A stretch of 64,000 nucleotides of DNA, taken from contig CAWKOG010000017.1 in NCBI GenBank assembly GCA_963851215.1, positions 345,465 through 409,464 on the forward strand, in the 5' to 3' direction. The notes under the pieces are model-generated. The model ran no database searches. It was not told the origin of the DNA and was given only the letters and a program-made list of their open reading frames with translations. The translations under genes were made by a program, and so were the position numbers. The number at the start of each line of letters is the position of its first letter. Position 1 is the first letter of the stretch. This DNA comes from an uncultured Alphaproteobacteria bacterium. Its GTDB lineage: Bacteria; Pseudomonadota; Alphaproteobacteria; Dongiales; Dongiaceae. Below, in pieces: positions 19,855-28,496 of this stretch.

Positions 19855-21845
19855 GCGCAGCGACGGCCATCGGCAGCGCCCCGCGACCGGCCATCCGGCC
19901 TTGGCCGCTGTTCTGGCTGGCGGTCCTGGCGGCGACGATCATCCTGGTCGCGTTCCGAGAACAGCTGCAGCCGCTGTTCCCGCAGCTTTTCGACTACCCG
20001 CGGGCCTGGATCATTCCGGTGGCGAACTGGACGACGATCTTCATGCGCGACGTCGTCATCGAGTATTTCTTCACGATCACCCGGGCTTTCTCGGAAGTCT
20101 TGAGCCTGCCGCTGCAGCTCTCCTACGGGCTGTTCGACCGCGGTTTCACCTTCGGCAATGGCGCGGAAGCGGTCACGATCCCGCCGCTCTCCTGGGTCGG
20201 CGTGGTGGCCACGCTCGCGATCATCGGCCATGCCTATGGCGGCTGGCGACTGGCGCTGGTTGGCGGCTTGGGTTTCCTCTATCTCGCGGTATTCGGCCAG
20301 TGGTCCAGCGCCATGCCGACGATGGCAATGATCGTTATCTCCGTGCCTCTCGGAGTCCTCATCGGATTGTTGTTGGGAATCCTCGGCCACCGGCACCCGC
20401 GTTTCAACAGGGCGGTGCTCGTGCCGACGCTGGACATCGCCCAGGCGACGCCGCAATACGCCTATCTGGTGCCGATCCTCATGCTGTTCGGCAACAACCC
20501 GGTGTCGGCGATGATCGCCACGCTGGCCTTTGCCGTGCCGCCGATGGTGCGGGTGACGACGCTGGCGCTCGGCCAGGTGCCGGGCGAAATCCAGGATTTC
20601 GGCAACATGGCCGGCTGCACGCGCCGCCAGCATCTTTGGCGCATCCTCGTCCCGTCGGCGCGGCCGACGCTGATGGTGGGCGTCAACCAGGTCATCAACA
20701 TGACGCTGAACATGGTGATCATCGCCTCGATGATCGGCGCCGGCGGCCTGGGCTTCGACGTACTGACCGCGCTGCGGGCACTGAAGATCGGCCCGGCGCT
20801 GGAGGCCGGCATCGCCATCGTCGTGCTGGCGATCGTGTTCGACCGCATCAGCCAGGCCGCCGCGGCTCAGCCGCCGGGCATGCTGGTGCCCGGCCTGCCG
20901 TTCTGGCGCCGGCATCCCCACATCCTGCTGGCGGTCGCCGCGCTGCTGTCGACGACGCTGCTGAGTCTCTTCCTGCCCGCGCTGCGCGTGTTGCCGGACA
21001 GCGCCACGATCTCGACCGGCGCCATCTGGCAGTCGGCGATTACCTGGATCAACGTCAATTTCTTCGACTATATCGAGGCGGTGCGGGTGTGGCTGGTGCT
21101 GAACATCCTGCGGCCGGTGAAGGACTTCCTGCTCACCCTGCCCTGGATATTTGTCGTCGCCGTGCTTGGTGCGGCGGGTTATCAGCTCGGGCGCTGGCGG
21201 CTGGCGCTGGGGGTCATGCTGACGACGATGTTCTTCGCCGTCACCGGACTCTGGGATATCACGATGACGACGATCTACCTGGTTGCCGTTTCCAGTGTCA
21301 TCGCCGCCATGATCGGCATCCCGCTGGGCATATGGGCGGCGCGCAACGACCGGGCCGACCGCGTCCTGGCTGTTATCGTCGACATCCTGCAGACAATTCC
21401 CGCCTTCTGTTATCTGATTCCCGCGGTCATGCTGTTGCGGGTCGGCGATGTCGCCGCCATGCTCGGCATTGTCCTCTATGCCGTAGCACCGGCCATCAGA
21501 TACACGCGGCACGGCATCCGCCGGGTCTCGCCGCAACTGATCGAGGCCGGCAATGTATCCGGCTGCACCCGCTGGCAGCTGCTATGGCGCATCCAGCTGC
21601 CGCTGGCCCTGCCGGAGATCATGCTGGGCATCAACCAAGTGGTGTTCCTGGCGCTGTCCATGGACATCATCGCCGCCATGGTCGGCACGTCGGATCTCGG
21701 TCAGGAAGTGTTCAAGGCCCTGTCTAAGGTCGACGCCGGGCGCGGCTTGATGGGCGGCCTTGCCGTTGCCTTCATCGGCATCATCGCCGACCGGCTGATC
21801 AGCGCCTGGAGCCAACGGGTGAAGGAACGCTACGGCCTCGCCTGA
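19851..21845 (+). CDS. proW: betaine-type ABC transporter permease, duplicated/fused ProW-like (664 aa)
   Basis: Two tandem permease modules each with an EAA-like loop region. 4-nt overlap with proV. Confidence 0.8.
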   Translation: MSAATAIGSAPRPAIRPWPLFWLAVLAATIILVAFREQLQPLFPQLFDYPRAWIIPVANWTTIFMRDVVIEYFFTITRAFSEVLSLPLQLSYGLFDRGFTFGNGAEAVTIPPLSWVGVVATLAIIGHAYGGWRLALVGGLGFLYLAVFGQWSSAMPTMAMIVISVPLGVLIGLLLGILGHRHPRFNRAVLVPTLDIAQATPQYAYLVPILMLFGNNPVSAMIATLAFAVPPMVRVTTLALGQVPGEIQDFGNMAGCTRRQHLWRILVPSARPTLMVGVNQVINMTLNMVIIASMIGAGGLGFDVLTALRALKIGPALEAGIAIVVLAIVFDRISQAAAAQPPGMLVPGLPFWRRHPHILLAVAALLSTTLLSLFLPALRVLPDSATISTGAIWQSAITWINVNFFDYIEAVRVWLVLNILRPVKDFLLTLPWIFVVAVLGAAGYQLGRWRLALGVMLTTMFFAVTGLWDITMTTIYLVAVSSVIAAMIGIPLGIWAARNDRADRVLAVIVDILQTIPAFCYLIPAVMLLRVGDVAAMLGIVLYAVAPAIRYTRHGIRRVSPQLIEAGNVSGCTRWQLLWRIQLPLALPEIMLGINQVVFLALSMDIIAAMVGTSDLGQEVFKALSKVDAGRGLMGGLAVAFIGIIADRLISAWSQRVKERYGLA

Positions 21846-21922
21846 CCGCCGCAATTGGAACCTCGCGGCGAGGCCCGCATTGAATTTCCAGTGATGGAAA
21901 GCAACCGGCAGCGAGGTGTTCC

Positions 21923-22237
21923 ATGCCCCGGGGCGACAAATCGGCTTATACCGACAAACAGAAACGCCAGGCGCGTCACATCGAGAAAGGCTATGAGAAG
22001 CAGGGCTTGTCCGAGGACGAGGCCGAGCGCCGCGCCTGGGCCACGGTGAACAAGATGACCGGCGGCGGCAAGAAGAGCGGATCCGGCGTCGGCAAGCCGG
22101 TCAATAAAGCCCCGGCGCGCAAGGGCGGCCGGCTGGGCGGCAAGGCCGCCGCGGCGCGGCCGGCCGCGGAACGGTCGGCTTCGGCCAGGAAAGGCGCGGC
22201 GACGAGGGCGCGGCGGCAGCGGCGCGGGCGGGGTTAG
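21923..22237 (+). CDS. small basic Lys/Arg-rich protein (stress-protein-like, often annotated plasmid stabilization protein in rhizobia)
   Basis: 104 aa MPRGDKSAYTDKQKRQARHIEKGYEKQGLSEDEAERRAWATVNKMTGGGKK…, a conserved-looking N-terminal domain plus a basic low-complexity tail. GGAAC-N16-CATT lies 60 nt upstream (imperfect EcfG-type promoter). Confidence 0.5.
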   Translation: MPRGDKSAYTDKQKRQARHIEKGYEKQGLSEDEAERRAWATVNKMTGGGKKSGSGVGKPVNKAPARKGGRLGGKAAAARPAAERSASARKGAATRARRQRRGRG

Positions 22238-22383
22238 GCGCTGCCAAACGGGCGAATGCGGCATGTCGCCGCCCGGCTATGTCGTTGCAACTCGCTGCCT
22301 TGCCGCATGCCTGGGCGGACATTTTTGCACTATTTTCCGCCGCTGAAGTATCTCACCGGACATGACAATTTACTGATAAGCGG

Positions 22384-22499
22384 GATTCCCGGGGGACCCT
22401 GAATTTCGGGAACGATGCCATACAAGGGAATCCCGCCGCGTCCGGGCACTCTCGCCGGATGCCATAATCCGATACACAATGTCCAACATCGAGGCCGCC
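22384..22499 (+). ncRNA. conserved ~120-nt intergenic element, copy 1 (candidate cis-regulatory RNA or dispersed repeat)
   Basis: Two blocks, GATTCCCGGGGGACCCTGAATTTCGGGAACGATGCCATACAAGGGAATC and ATGCCATAATCCGATACACAATGTCCAACATCGAGGCCGCC, are 93-96% identical to 62313..62441. The GC-rich segment between them differs in sequence but can form a hairpin in both copies. Flanking GATTCCC/GGGAATC pairing is conserved. Confidence 0.3.
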
Positions 22500-22797
22500 A
22501 TCACTGGCTGCGGAACAGACAGGTGGGAGCGCTGGCGGCGAGGTTCAAGGAAAATTATCCTGTCCCTGACGATCCCTTTCCGGCCGCTATGTAGGTGGCT
22601 GCGGGAGGTGACGCCTCGCCCTCACCCGTTCCGCAGGCTAAGCGACAGGCGTGCCTAACTCTTTCGAATGGCAACGAAATTCCTGTCACCGCCAAGCGCC
22701 GGAACAAAATTCCGGGATCGTACATTGTTCAGTTTGGGTCGCAGGATGCCGCGCAGACGCATCCATCAGGGCAAGCAGGCGTAGCAGCTTGGATAGG

Positions 22798-23154
22798 ATG
22801 GCCCCGATGAACACGGACAATCGCCTTATTGCTTCTTCTTCCATGACAATGCTCGCCGGCCTCGCGGTGATTGCCGTGCCGATCGTTCTCGACACGCAAT
22901 CGGCCGAGGCCGGCACAATTTATTGCGGCGCGCGGCCGGATGTCGTCGAACTGTTGGCGAGTGATTTTCGCGAGCAGCCTTCCTCCGTTGGCGTAACCGG
23001 CGATGGGCGGTTGCTTGAGGTGCTCACAAACGAGGACGGCGCGACTTGGTCAATCGTCTTGACGGACAGCCGCGGCCAGAGCTGCATCGTCGCCACTGGT
23101 GAAGGATGGCAGAACCGCAAGGTGGATCCGGTCATGCTCGAACCGCAGCTCTAG
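22798..23154 (+). CDS. small secreted protein (signal peptide), first gene of the ExbB/ExbD-like module
   Basis: ATG 22798 or 22807 after GGATAGGA. MAPMNTDNRLIASSSMTMLAGLAVIAVPIVL… signal peptide, then a ~90-aa mature domain. Confidence 0.5.
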   Translation: MAPMNTDNRLIASSSMTMLAGLAVIAVPIVLDTQSAEAGTIYCGARPDVVELLASDFREQPSSVGVTGDGRLLEVLTNEDGATWSIVLTDSRGQSCIVATGEGWQNRKVDPVMLEPQL

Positions 23155-23166
23155 GGGCGTTCGATC

Positions 23167-23751
23167 ATGACCATTGCGAACTTCGAAGCGCCGGCCGAGG
23201 ACGAACCCCGGGACGCCGACTGGTATCGAGGGGCCATCGATGCGGCACGCAGCTCCACCGCGAGCACACAAATCGGCGTACAGCCCGACCCAAGAGTTGG
23301 CGATATCGCAACAGCACGCGCCGCATCTTTGGATGCGGCGTTTCTTTCGCGCTTCATCGTTCTCCAGGCCATCGGTGCCTCATTCGTCACGGCATTGTGG
23401 ATCGCCGGCGTCGCGACCCGTCCTTTCGAGGGCGCGACCGCGGCACTCTGCTGGATCATCGTCGCGGTCGGCAGCGTCGGCGTTCTCTGCACCCTCCTCC
23501 AGCGCTGGCGTGACGTGCAGTGGATCGCCACGCATGTAGTGCGCATCGGACTGCTGGGCACCGTCGTCGGCCTGATCATCGCCTTCTCCGCGGCGCGCGA
23601 CAGCGGCGGCGCCGATGTGAATGGGGTGAAAGCCATGATCTCGGCCGTCGTGGACGGGATGTATGTCTCGCTCTACGCCACGCTTCTGGGGATCGGCATC
23701 AATCTCTGGCTCAAGATCAATCTGCGTCTGCTCGGCAACAGCGATGGATGA
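23167..23751 (+). CDS. MotA/TolQ/ExbB-family proton-channel protein (short, 194 aa, 4 TM)
   Basis: C-terminal GLLGTVVGLIIAF…ISAVVDGMYVSLYATLLGIGINLW matches the MotA/TolQ/ExbB channel signature. Confidence 0.65.
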   Translation: MTIANFEAPAEDEPRDADWYRGAIDAARSSTASTQIGVQPDPRVGDIATARAASLDAAFLSRFIVLQAIGASFVTALWIAGVATRPFEGATAALCWIIVAVGSVGVLCTLLQRWRDVQWIATHVVRIGLLGTVVGLIIAFSAARDSGGADVNGVKAMISAVVDGMYVSLYATLLGIGINLWLKINLRLLGNSDG

Positions 23752-24331
23752 GGAGACGCTCACCGTCTGGCTGGACACGGCGCTGCTGATGCTCGGCGGC
23801 TTCGTGCTGATGACGGTGCTGATGATGACCGTTGTCAATCCGCCGGCCAAGTCGGCGGAACAAGAGGGCGATCGAGCGCCCGGCAACGTGGTCATTGAAG
23901 CTCAATGGCAGGATCGGCTCGACGCCGATGTGGATTTGTGGGTGGCGGCGCCCGGCGATACGCCAGTGGGCTACTCCAACAAGAACGGCCGCGTATTCAA
24001 CCTGCTGCGCGACGACCTCGGCATGGCGCAGGATATGACCGATGTGAACTACGAGATCGCCTATAGCCGCGGCATGCCGGCCGCCGAGTATGTGGTCAAT
24101 GTGCATCTCTACCGGGTTATCGGCTCCACCGGTCCGATCGAAGTGAAGCTGATCGCGAGCCGGCGGACCGACGAGGCGGGCCAGACGCAGCAGCTCGCGT
24201 CCACCACCGTCCGGTTGCTGCATCTTAACGACCAGGTGACCGCCTTCAGGTTCGATCTCGATAGCGACGGCGACCTGGTTCCCGGCAGCATGAATACGCT
24301 GTTCAAGGAATTGCGCGTGGCCTCGCAATGA
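23744..24331 (+). CDS. ExbD/TolR-like membrane-anchored periplasmic protein (atypically long periplasmic domain)
   Basis: ATG 23744 overlaps the previous gene by 8 nt. N-terminal TM (TVWLDTALLMLGGFVLMTVLMMTV), then a ~150-aa soluble domain. Confidence 0.5.
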   Translation: MDEETLTVWLDTALLMLGGFVLMTVLMMTVVNPPAKSAEQEGDRAPGNVVIEAQWQDRLDADVDLWVAAPGDTPVGYSNKNGRVFNLLRDDLGMAQDMTDVNYEIAYSRGMPAAEYVVNVHLYRVIGSTGPIEVKLIASRRTDEAGQTQQLASTTVRLLHLNDQVTAFRFDLDSDGDLVPGSMNTLFKELRVASQ

Positions 24332-24816
24332 TCGCCACCGCCATCATTTTCGCATTGCTGCTGGGCGGATTCGTGTTCCGCGTCCTGCCACAAGGTGTCA
24401 TGTGGCAACGTGGCGTGTCGGCGGCCCTGTTCTTGCTGTTGGTTGGGCTCGTCTATGGCGGCGCGGTCGAGCTGCTGGGCCAGCCCAAACCGATGCGGCT
24501 TGAGTGGCGCGGCGGGGCCGAGGAAGCCGATGTTCTTGGCGCCTCGATGGCGGAGGGCGAAGCGATCTACGTCCTGCTGCAGTATCCCGACGGCATGCCG
24601 CCGCGATACTATCAGATTCCCTGGTCGCAACCGGCCGCGGAAGCGCTGCAGCAGGCACTGCGGGACGGCCAGGAACAGGGCACCGGCGTCAAGATGACAA
24701 TGGCCGACGGACCGGGCGGTCAGCCCGGCAACGACACGCGCGAGCCGATGTTCTACGCCCCGCCCCAGGCGGCCCTGCCGGACAAGAACTACAGCGCGAA
24801 TCTTTCGTCGAACTAG
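24328..24816 (+). CDS. small membrane protein with Pro-rich C-terminal tail
   Basis: 4-nt overlap with the previous gene. Two N-terminal TM helices. Confidence 0.5.
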   Translation: MIATAIIFALLLGGFVFRVLPQGVMWQRGVSAALFLLLVGLVYGGAVELLGQPKPMRLEWRGGAEEADVLGASMAEGEAIYVLLQYPDGMPPRYYQIPWSQPAAEALQQALRDGQEQGTGVKMTMADGPGGQPGNDTREPMFYAPPQAALPDKNYSANLSSN

Positions 24817-25320
24817 AGACCAGCCAAAGTTGAAAGTGCCGCATTGAATGTCCTCTGTTTCCGTCGTACGGAAACGAGGCGGCAGTGTTCATGTTCGGTC
24901 ACCGGCGCCGGTCTAACAGAGACCGCGCCGACGAATGTCGGCCAGGCAAGCCGACCAGGAGCTATAGTTGCCGAACTATCTGCAGACCTGTTAATATTCC
25001 TTAATCACTGACCAAATTTTGCCACGCAGAACCGACGAATATTGTGCCCAAATAAGTAATTATTATGCGCCTGCTGCCGGCGCACGATAACTCGTTGGTA
25101 CTGTTGATAAATTTTACTTTGAATGAGACAGACTCGGCGCAGGCGGCAACTGCCGCATGTGACAATACTCACAGTAGATTTTGAATACTCGGCGTTCATT
25201 CCGCCTTTAATCAGCAGTGATCTGCGGGCCGCAGCCCGGTGGGCCAGACTCTGCATCTAAGTCCGGCCCTCAGAATAGATCCGCTGAAGTGCGCGAACAC
25301 TCGACGAACGAGAGCGCATC

Positions 25321-26439
25321 ATGACACTGAGCCTGACAATCACTGGTCAATCGGACTCCAAGCTCAAACTGGCTTGGCGTGACGATGAGCAGTCTTTCAG
25401 CCCGGCGCCCTATTGCGTCGGCCAGAACATTGTCCTGGATGCCAGCAAGCAAGTCCGCGACGTGCTGACCAGGATAAGCACGCACTATCGCACGTCCGAC
25501 GCGCCGAGCTATGCCGCGTTTCTGCCAGAGCTGTCGCAACGCGGTATCGAGCTCCACGAGTCGCTCTTTCTGCCCATTGAATTGGGTCAGAGCGACGCGG
25601 ATGAGGTGAAGGATTACATAGCAGACTTATCGGCCCGGGAAGCGTTGACCATCTACTCGGATGCAAGCGCGCACGTGCCCTGGGGCTTCGTGTTTCCGGG
25701 GCCGGAGGCGATCAGGAGCGAAGATGCCGTCGGCTCAATTGTCGACTTCAAGGACTTCTGGTTGTCCCGCTTCTGCATTGCCACGAGGTTCAGCAAGACA
25801 TCGCACCTGAAGGATGAAGTCCGGAGCCGGACAAATTTTCGGGTCCTCTATGTGCTTCACAAGGACGCCTTTCAGAAAGCACGGAGCCAATTGGCGCCGC
25901 CAGACCAGCTTTGCCTGGACCGGCTGATCGCAGAGGATGCGGCGAACGCCGTGGATTGGAACTCGGCCCGCGACAAGTGGCGCGCGATCGCGGAAAACGA
26001 CAGCATCATCTACATCTTCGGCCACTCGAACGGGCAGGAGATCGCTCTCTCGGACGGTGATGAACCTCATCACCGCCTGAGCGCCGGCGCATTTCGCAGC
26101 TCGTTCAAGAAGAAGGGAACCAGGTCCGCCACGATCTGCTTCACCAACGGATGCTGGACAGCGGCAGGGCACAAGGACCAGAGCTTCCTCACGGCGACGG
26201 CGCTGCCGGGATTTCATGGATTCATCGGCAGCGAGGCCGAGGTCTCCAACGAATTCGCGACGCGGTACGGCCTGGAATTCATGCGCGACATCTGCGACCG
26301 CGGTTGTTCGATCCAGGAGACATTCGAGCACCTGCGGCAAGAGCTCTTTCCCTTGAGCCTCCTCTACTCCTGCTTCGCGCACGGAAAATTCCGGATCGAG
26401 CCACGCGCGGCACCGGCGAGTCAAAGCAATGCGGCGTAG
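25321..26439 (+). CDS. CHAT-domain (caspase-like cysteine protease) protein
   Basis: 372 aa. His motif IIYIFGHSNGQEIAL and Cys motif ATICFTNGCWTAAG, followed by GFIGSEAEVSNEFATRYGLEFMRDICDRG. This is the CHAT His/Cys dyad layout. The gene follows a 470-bp AT-rich spacer and has lower GC than its surroundings. Confidence 0.75.
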   Translation: MTLSLTITGQSDSKLKLAWRDDEQSFSPAPYCVGQNIVLDASKQVRDVLTRISTHYRTSDAPSYAAFLPELSQRGIELHESLFLPIELGQSDADEVKDYIADLSAREALTIYSDASAHVPWGFVFPGPEAIRSEDAVGSIVDFKDFWLSRFCIATRFSKTSHLKDEVRSRTNFRVLYVLHKDAFQKARSQLAPPDQLCLDRLIAEDAANAVDWNSARDKWRAIAENDSIIYIFGHSNGQEIALSDGDEPHHRLSAGAFRSSFKKKGTRSATICFTNGCWTAAGHKDQSFLTATALPGFHGFIGSEAEVSNEFATRYGLEFMRDICDRGCSIQETFEHLRQELFPLSLLYSCFAHGKFRIEPRAAPASQSNAA

Positions 26440-27832
26440 CGCGGCCCAGAAAAGGTCTCCCGATATCGGGACACCGCCCGCGACCGGCGCATGGCCTGCG
26501 GAACCCTATCTCGGCATGAATTTCTACACAGCGGCCGAAGCACCCCTGTTTGGAGAGCGCGATCAGGAGATAGAGCAATGCGCGGCGCTGGTTGGTGAGT
26601 TCTCGACTCGATTACTCGTCCTGCAAGGGAAAAGCGGTACGGGGAAATCCTCATTCCTGCGGGCCGGCCTGATCCCAAAGCTGGAGCAGCAGGGCTCTCC
26701 TTTCTACTTCCTGCGAGCGGAGAAAGGAAACGCCGAGCCCACTTTCGTTCGGTGCACGGACGATCCCGTGAGCCGAATCCACGCGCTTCTGGTGTCCGCG
26801 CTCGAGAACGATCCACAGCTCGGACGGCTTCCCATCGGCTTCCGGCAAGCAGTCGGAGAATTGCTCGCATCCGCGGCGTCAGACGATCGAGTTGATACAG
26901 CGGCCGCCATCCTCAAGGTACTCGCCGTGCTTTCAGAAGGTCTGCCGCAAACGCTGGTGCTGATCATCGATCAAAGCGAGGAAATACTGACCCTGCAGAC
27001 ATCGCGCGATCCGAACAACCGGCGCAAGGCGTTCTTCTATCTGCTCGAGGAACTTTGCCTGCGCAGTCTTGACGTCAGGGTCATTGTTGCGCTTCGAACC
27101 GAGTTCTGCGGCCGTTTCTATGACGCCTTTGGCATCAATCCCAGCCTCAGGGTCACATCGGACGTGCGCGCCGGTCTCGAGCAATTCATGCTCGGCGCAT
27201 TGCCGCGGGAAGGAATTGTCGCGGCGATCCTGCGGCCAACGCTGGCGACACCGATCGAAGGCTATGGCGTCCCGCGGGAACAATACCGATTCAAGTACGG
27301 CGAAGGCGTGGCCGAACACATCGCGGAGGATCTGCTCAGCCATTGCGGCGACTCCAGCACATTGCCGGTCCTGCAAATCGCCTGCAAGGCGCTCCACAAT
27401 CAAGTGGTCATCGGGAAGAAATGCCCGAAGATCACGATCGAACACTACAAAGCCCTTGGGGGCGTCAAAGGGCGAGTCGACGCATATATCGACGACGTCT
27501 TACGGGGTGCGCTGCAGGAAACCGGCGCAACTTCAGTGAGTTCCCGCCGACCTCGTTCGCTGGCGCCGGGTATTGGCAACATTGGCCGCGCGGCAAGAGG
27601 GGAATGCCGTAACCACCCTGATTCGCGCGGAGCACGACATCGTCAACGAGGCGGACCGGCAAGAGCTCCGCGGCGACATTCCAAGGATCTTGAAAACACT
27701 TGCCAAGCACAAGTGGCGGCTTTTGAGATCCGTCATAGGCGGTACAAACGGGGCAGCCCGTCAGTACAGCCTCGGTCACGATGCGCTTGCTGTTGCGTTA
27801 CTCAAATGGGACGAGGCGCAGCAGGGCCTTGA
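26429..27832 (+). CDS. STAND-type P-loop NTPase, N-terminal segment (the last ~95 codons are out-of-frame junk)
   Basis: PYLGMNFYTAAEAPLFGERDQEIEQCAALVGEFSTRLLVLQGKSGTGKSSFLRAGLIP (Walker A) and LVLIIDQSEE (Walker B), typical of STAND NTPases that pair with CHAT proteases. After …ALQETGATSVSS the frame turns Arg-rich nonsense, while frame 0 becomes protein-like from 27540. Confidence 0.65.
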   Translation: MRRSAAQKRSPDIGTPPATGAWPAEPYLGMNFYTAAEAPLFGERDQEIEQCAALVGEFSTRLLVLQGKSGTGKSSFLRAGLIPKLEQQGSPFYFLRAEKGNAEPTFVRCTDDPVSRIHALLVSALENDPQLGRLPIGFRQAVGELLASAASDDRVDTAAAILKVLAVLSEGLPQTLVLIIDQSEEILTLQTSRDPNNRRKAFFYLLEELCLRSLDVRVIVALRTEFCGRFYDAFGINPSLRVTSDVRAGLEQFMLGALPREGIVAAILRPTLATPIEGYGVPREQYRFKYGEGVAEHIAEDLLSHCGDSSTLPVLQIACKALHNQVVIGKKCPKITIEHYKALGGVKGRVDAYIDDVLRGALQETGATSVSSRRPRSLAPGIGNIGRAARGECRNHPDSRGARHRQRGGPARAPRRHSKDLENTCQAQVAAFEIRHRRYKRGSPSVQPRSRCACCCVTQMGRGAAGP

Positions 27833-28496
27833 AAGCGCAGAGAGGGAACGCCTCGGCGCGCGCCGGAAGCTGCAAACCTATTCTCTCGCGTTCCTCTGCT
27901 TGTTGCTGTTTATCGTTGGCTCCCTGCTTTGGAAAGAAGGCACGCAGACGGTCGACCGGAGTGAAAGGCTGATCGAGTTCTCGAATGTCGAACAGGGCGG
28001 CAATTTCAGACTGAGGATACAGCTGCTGCTGAGCGCGCTGGCTCTTTCAGATGGGCTTTGGAGCCCATTCATAGATGGCGAGAGAGCCCGCAGCGAACTG
28101 ATCGCCGCCCTTGCGGTTTCGCCCATCCTTGCCGGCCAGGGAGTAGCGGTCGGGCTGAATGACGAGGGAACCAGGATTGCGGTACTTCGAGACGAGTCGG
28201 CGTTCGTTGTCGATCTTGAACGTGACAACAAGGAAGAAGTATCGACCTTCAAATTTGTGCCTGGCGAGGTTCTCGAAGCATTCAGGCAGCACCTGCCTGC
28301 AATCGGCTTTGTCTCCGGCATGGCGGCGCCGGTTGTATACGATGCGGGATATCTGTACTGGAACTCCGGTACGGCGGGATCAACGCAAATCCAGGAACTT
28401 TCACAGGACATCAGAGAGTTCTCAGAATCTGGGATTTTCGCCTGTGGGGTTTGCATCCGGCTTTGTGCAAGTGCTGATCTCCAATCGCCCCAATGA
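27573..28496 (+). CDS. middle segment of the same STAND gene (helical region with one TM-like stretch); probably not an independent gene
   Basis: Frame 0 is protein-like from 27540 (…WRRVLATLAARQEGNAVTTLIRAEHDIVNEADRQELRGD…) with no ATG. The only possible starts are weak TTGs. It ends in short junk after 28430, where frame 1 becomes protein-like. Confidence 0.4.
   Translation: MATLAARQEGNAVTTLIRAEHDIVNEADRQELRGDIPRILKTLAKHKWRLLRSVIGGTNGAARQYSLGHDALAVALLKWDEAQQGLESAERERLGARRKLQTYSLAFLCLLLFIVGSLLWKEGTQTVDRSERLIEFSNVEQGGNFRLRIQLLLSALALSDGLWSPFIDGERARSELIAALAVSPILAGQGVAVGLNDEGTRIAVLRDESAFVVDLERDNKEEVSTFKFVPGEVLEAFRQHLPAIGFVSGMAAPVVYDAGYLYWNSGTAGSTQIQELSQDIREFSESGIFACGVCIRLCASADLQSPQ

Noticed and set aside
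22330-22560. Cobalamin riboswitch hypothesis for the conserved element upstream of the ExbB/ExbD-like genes
   Set aside because: No B12-box (…GCCACTG/AGYCMGGAAGRCYGCC…) or GGTG…GGAA core. Only a loose CCATCACTGG resemblance downstream.
23167-24331. Zorya (ZorAB) anti-phage system
   Set aside because: The MotA-like protein is only 194 aa with no long cytoplasmic tail. The partner has no OmpA/peptidoglycan-binding domain. No ZorC/D/E-like genes.
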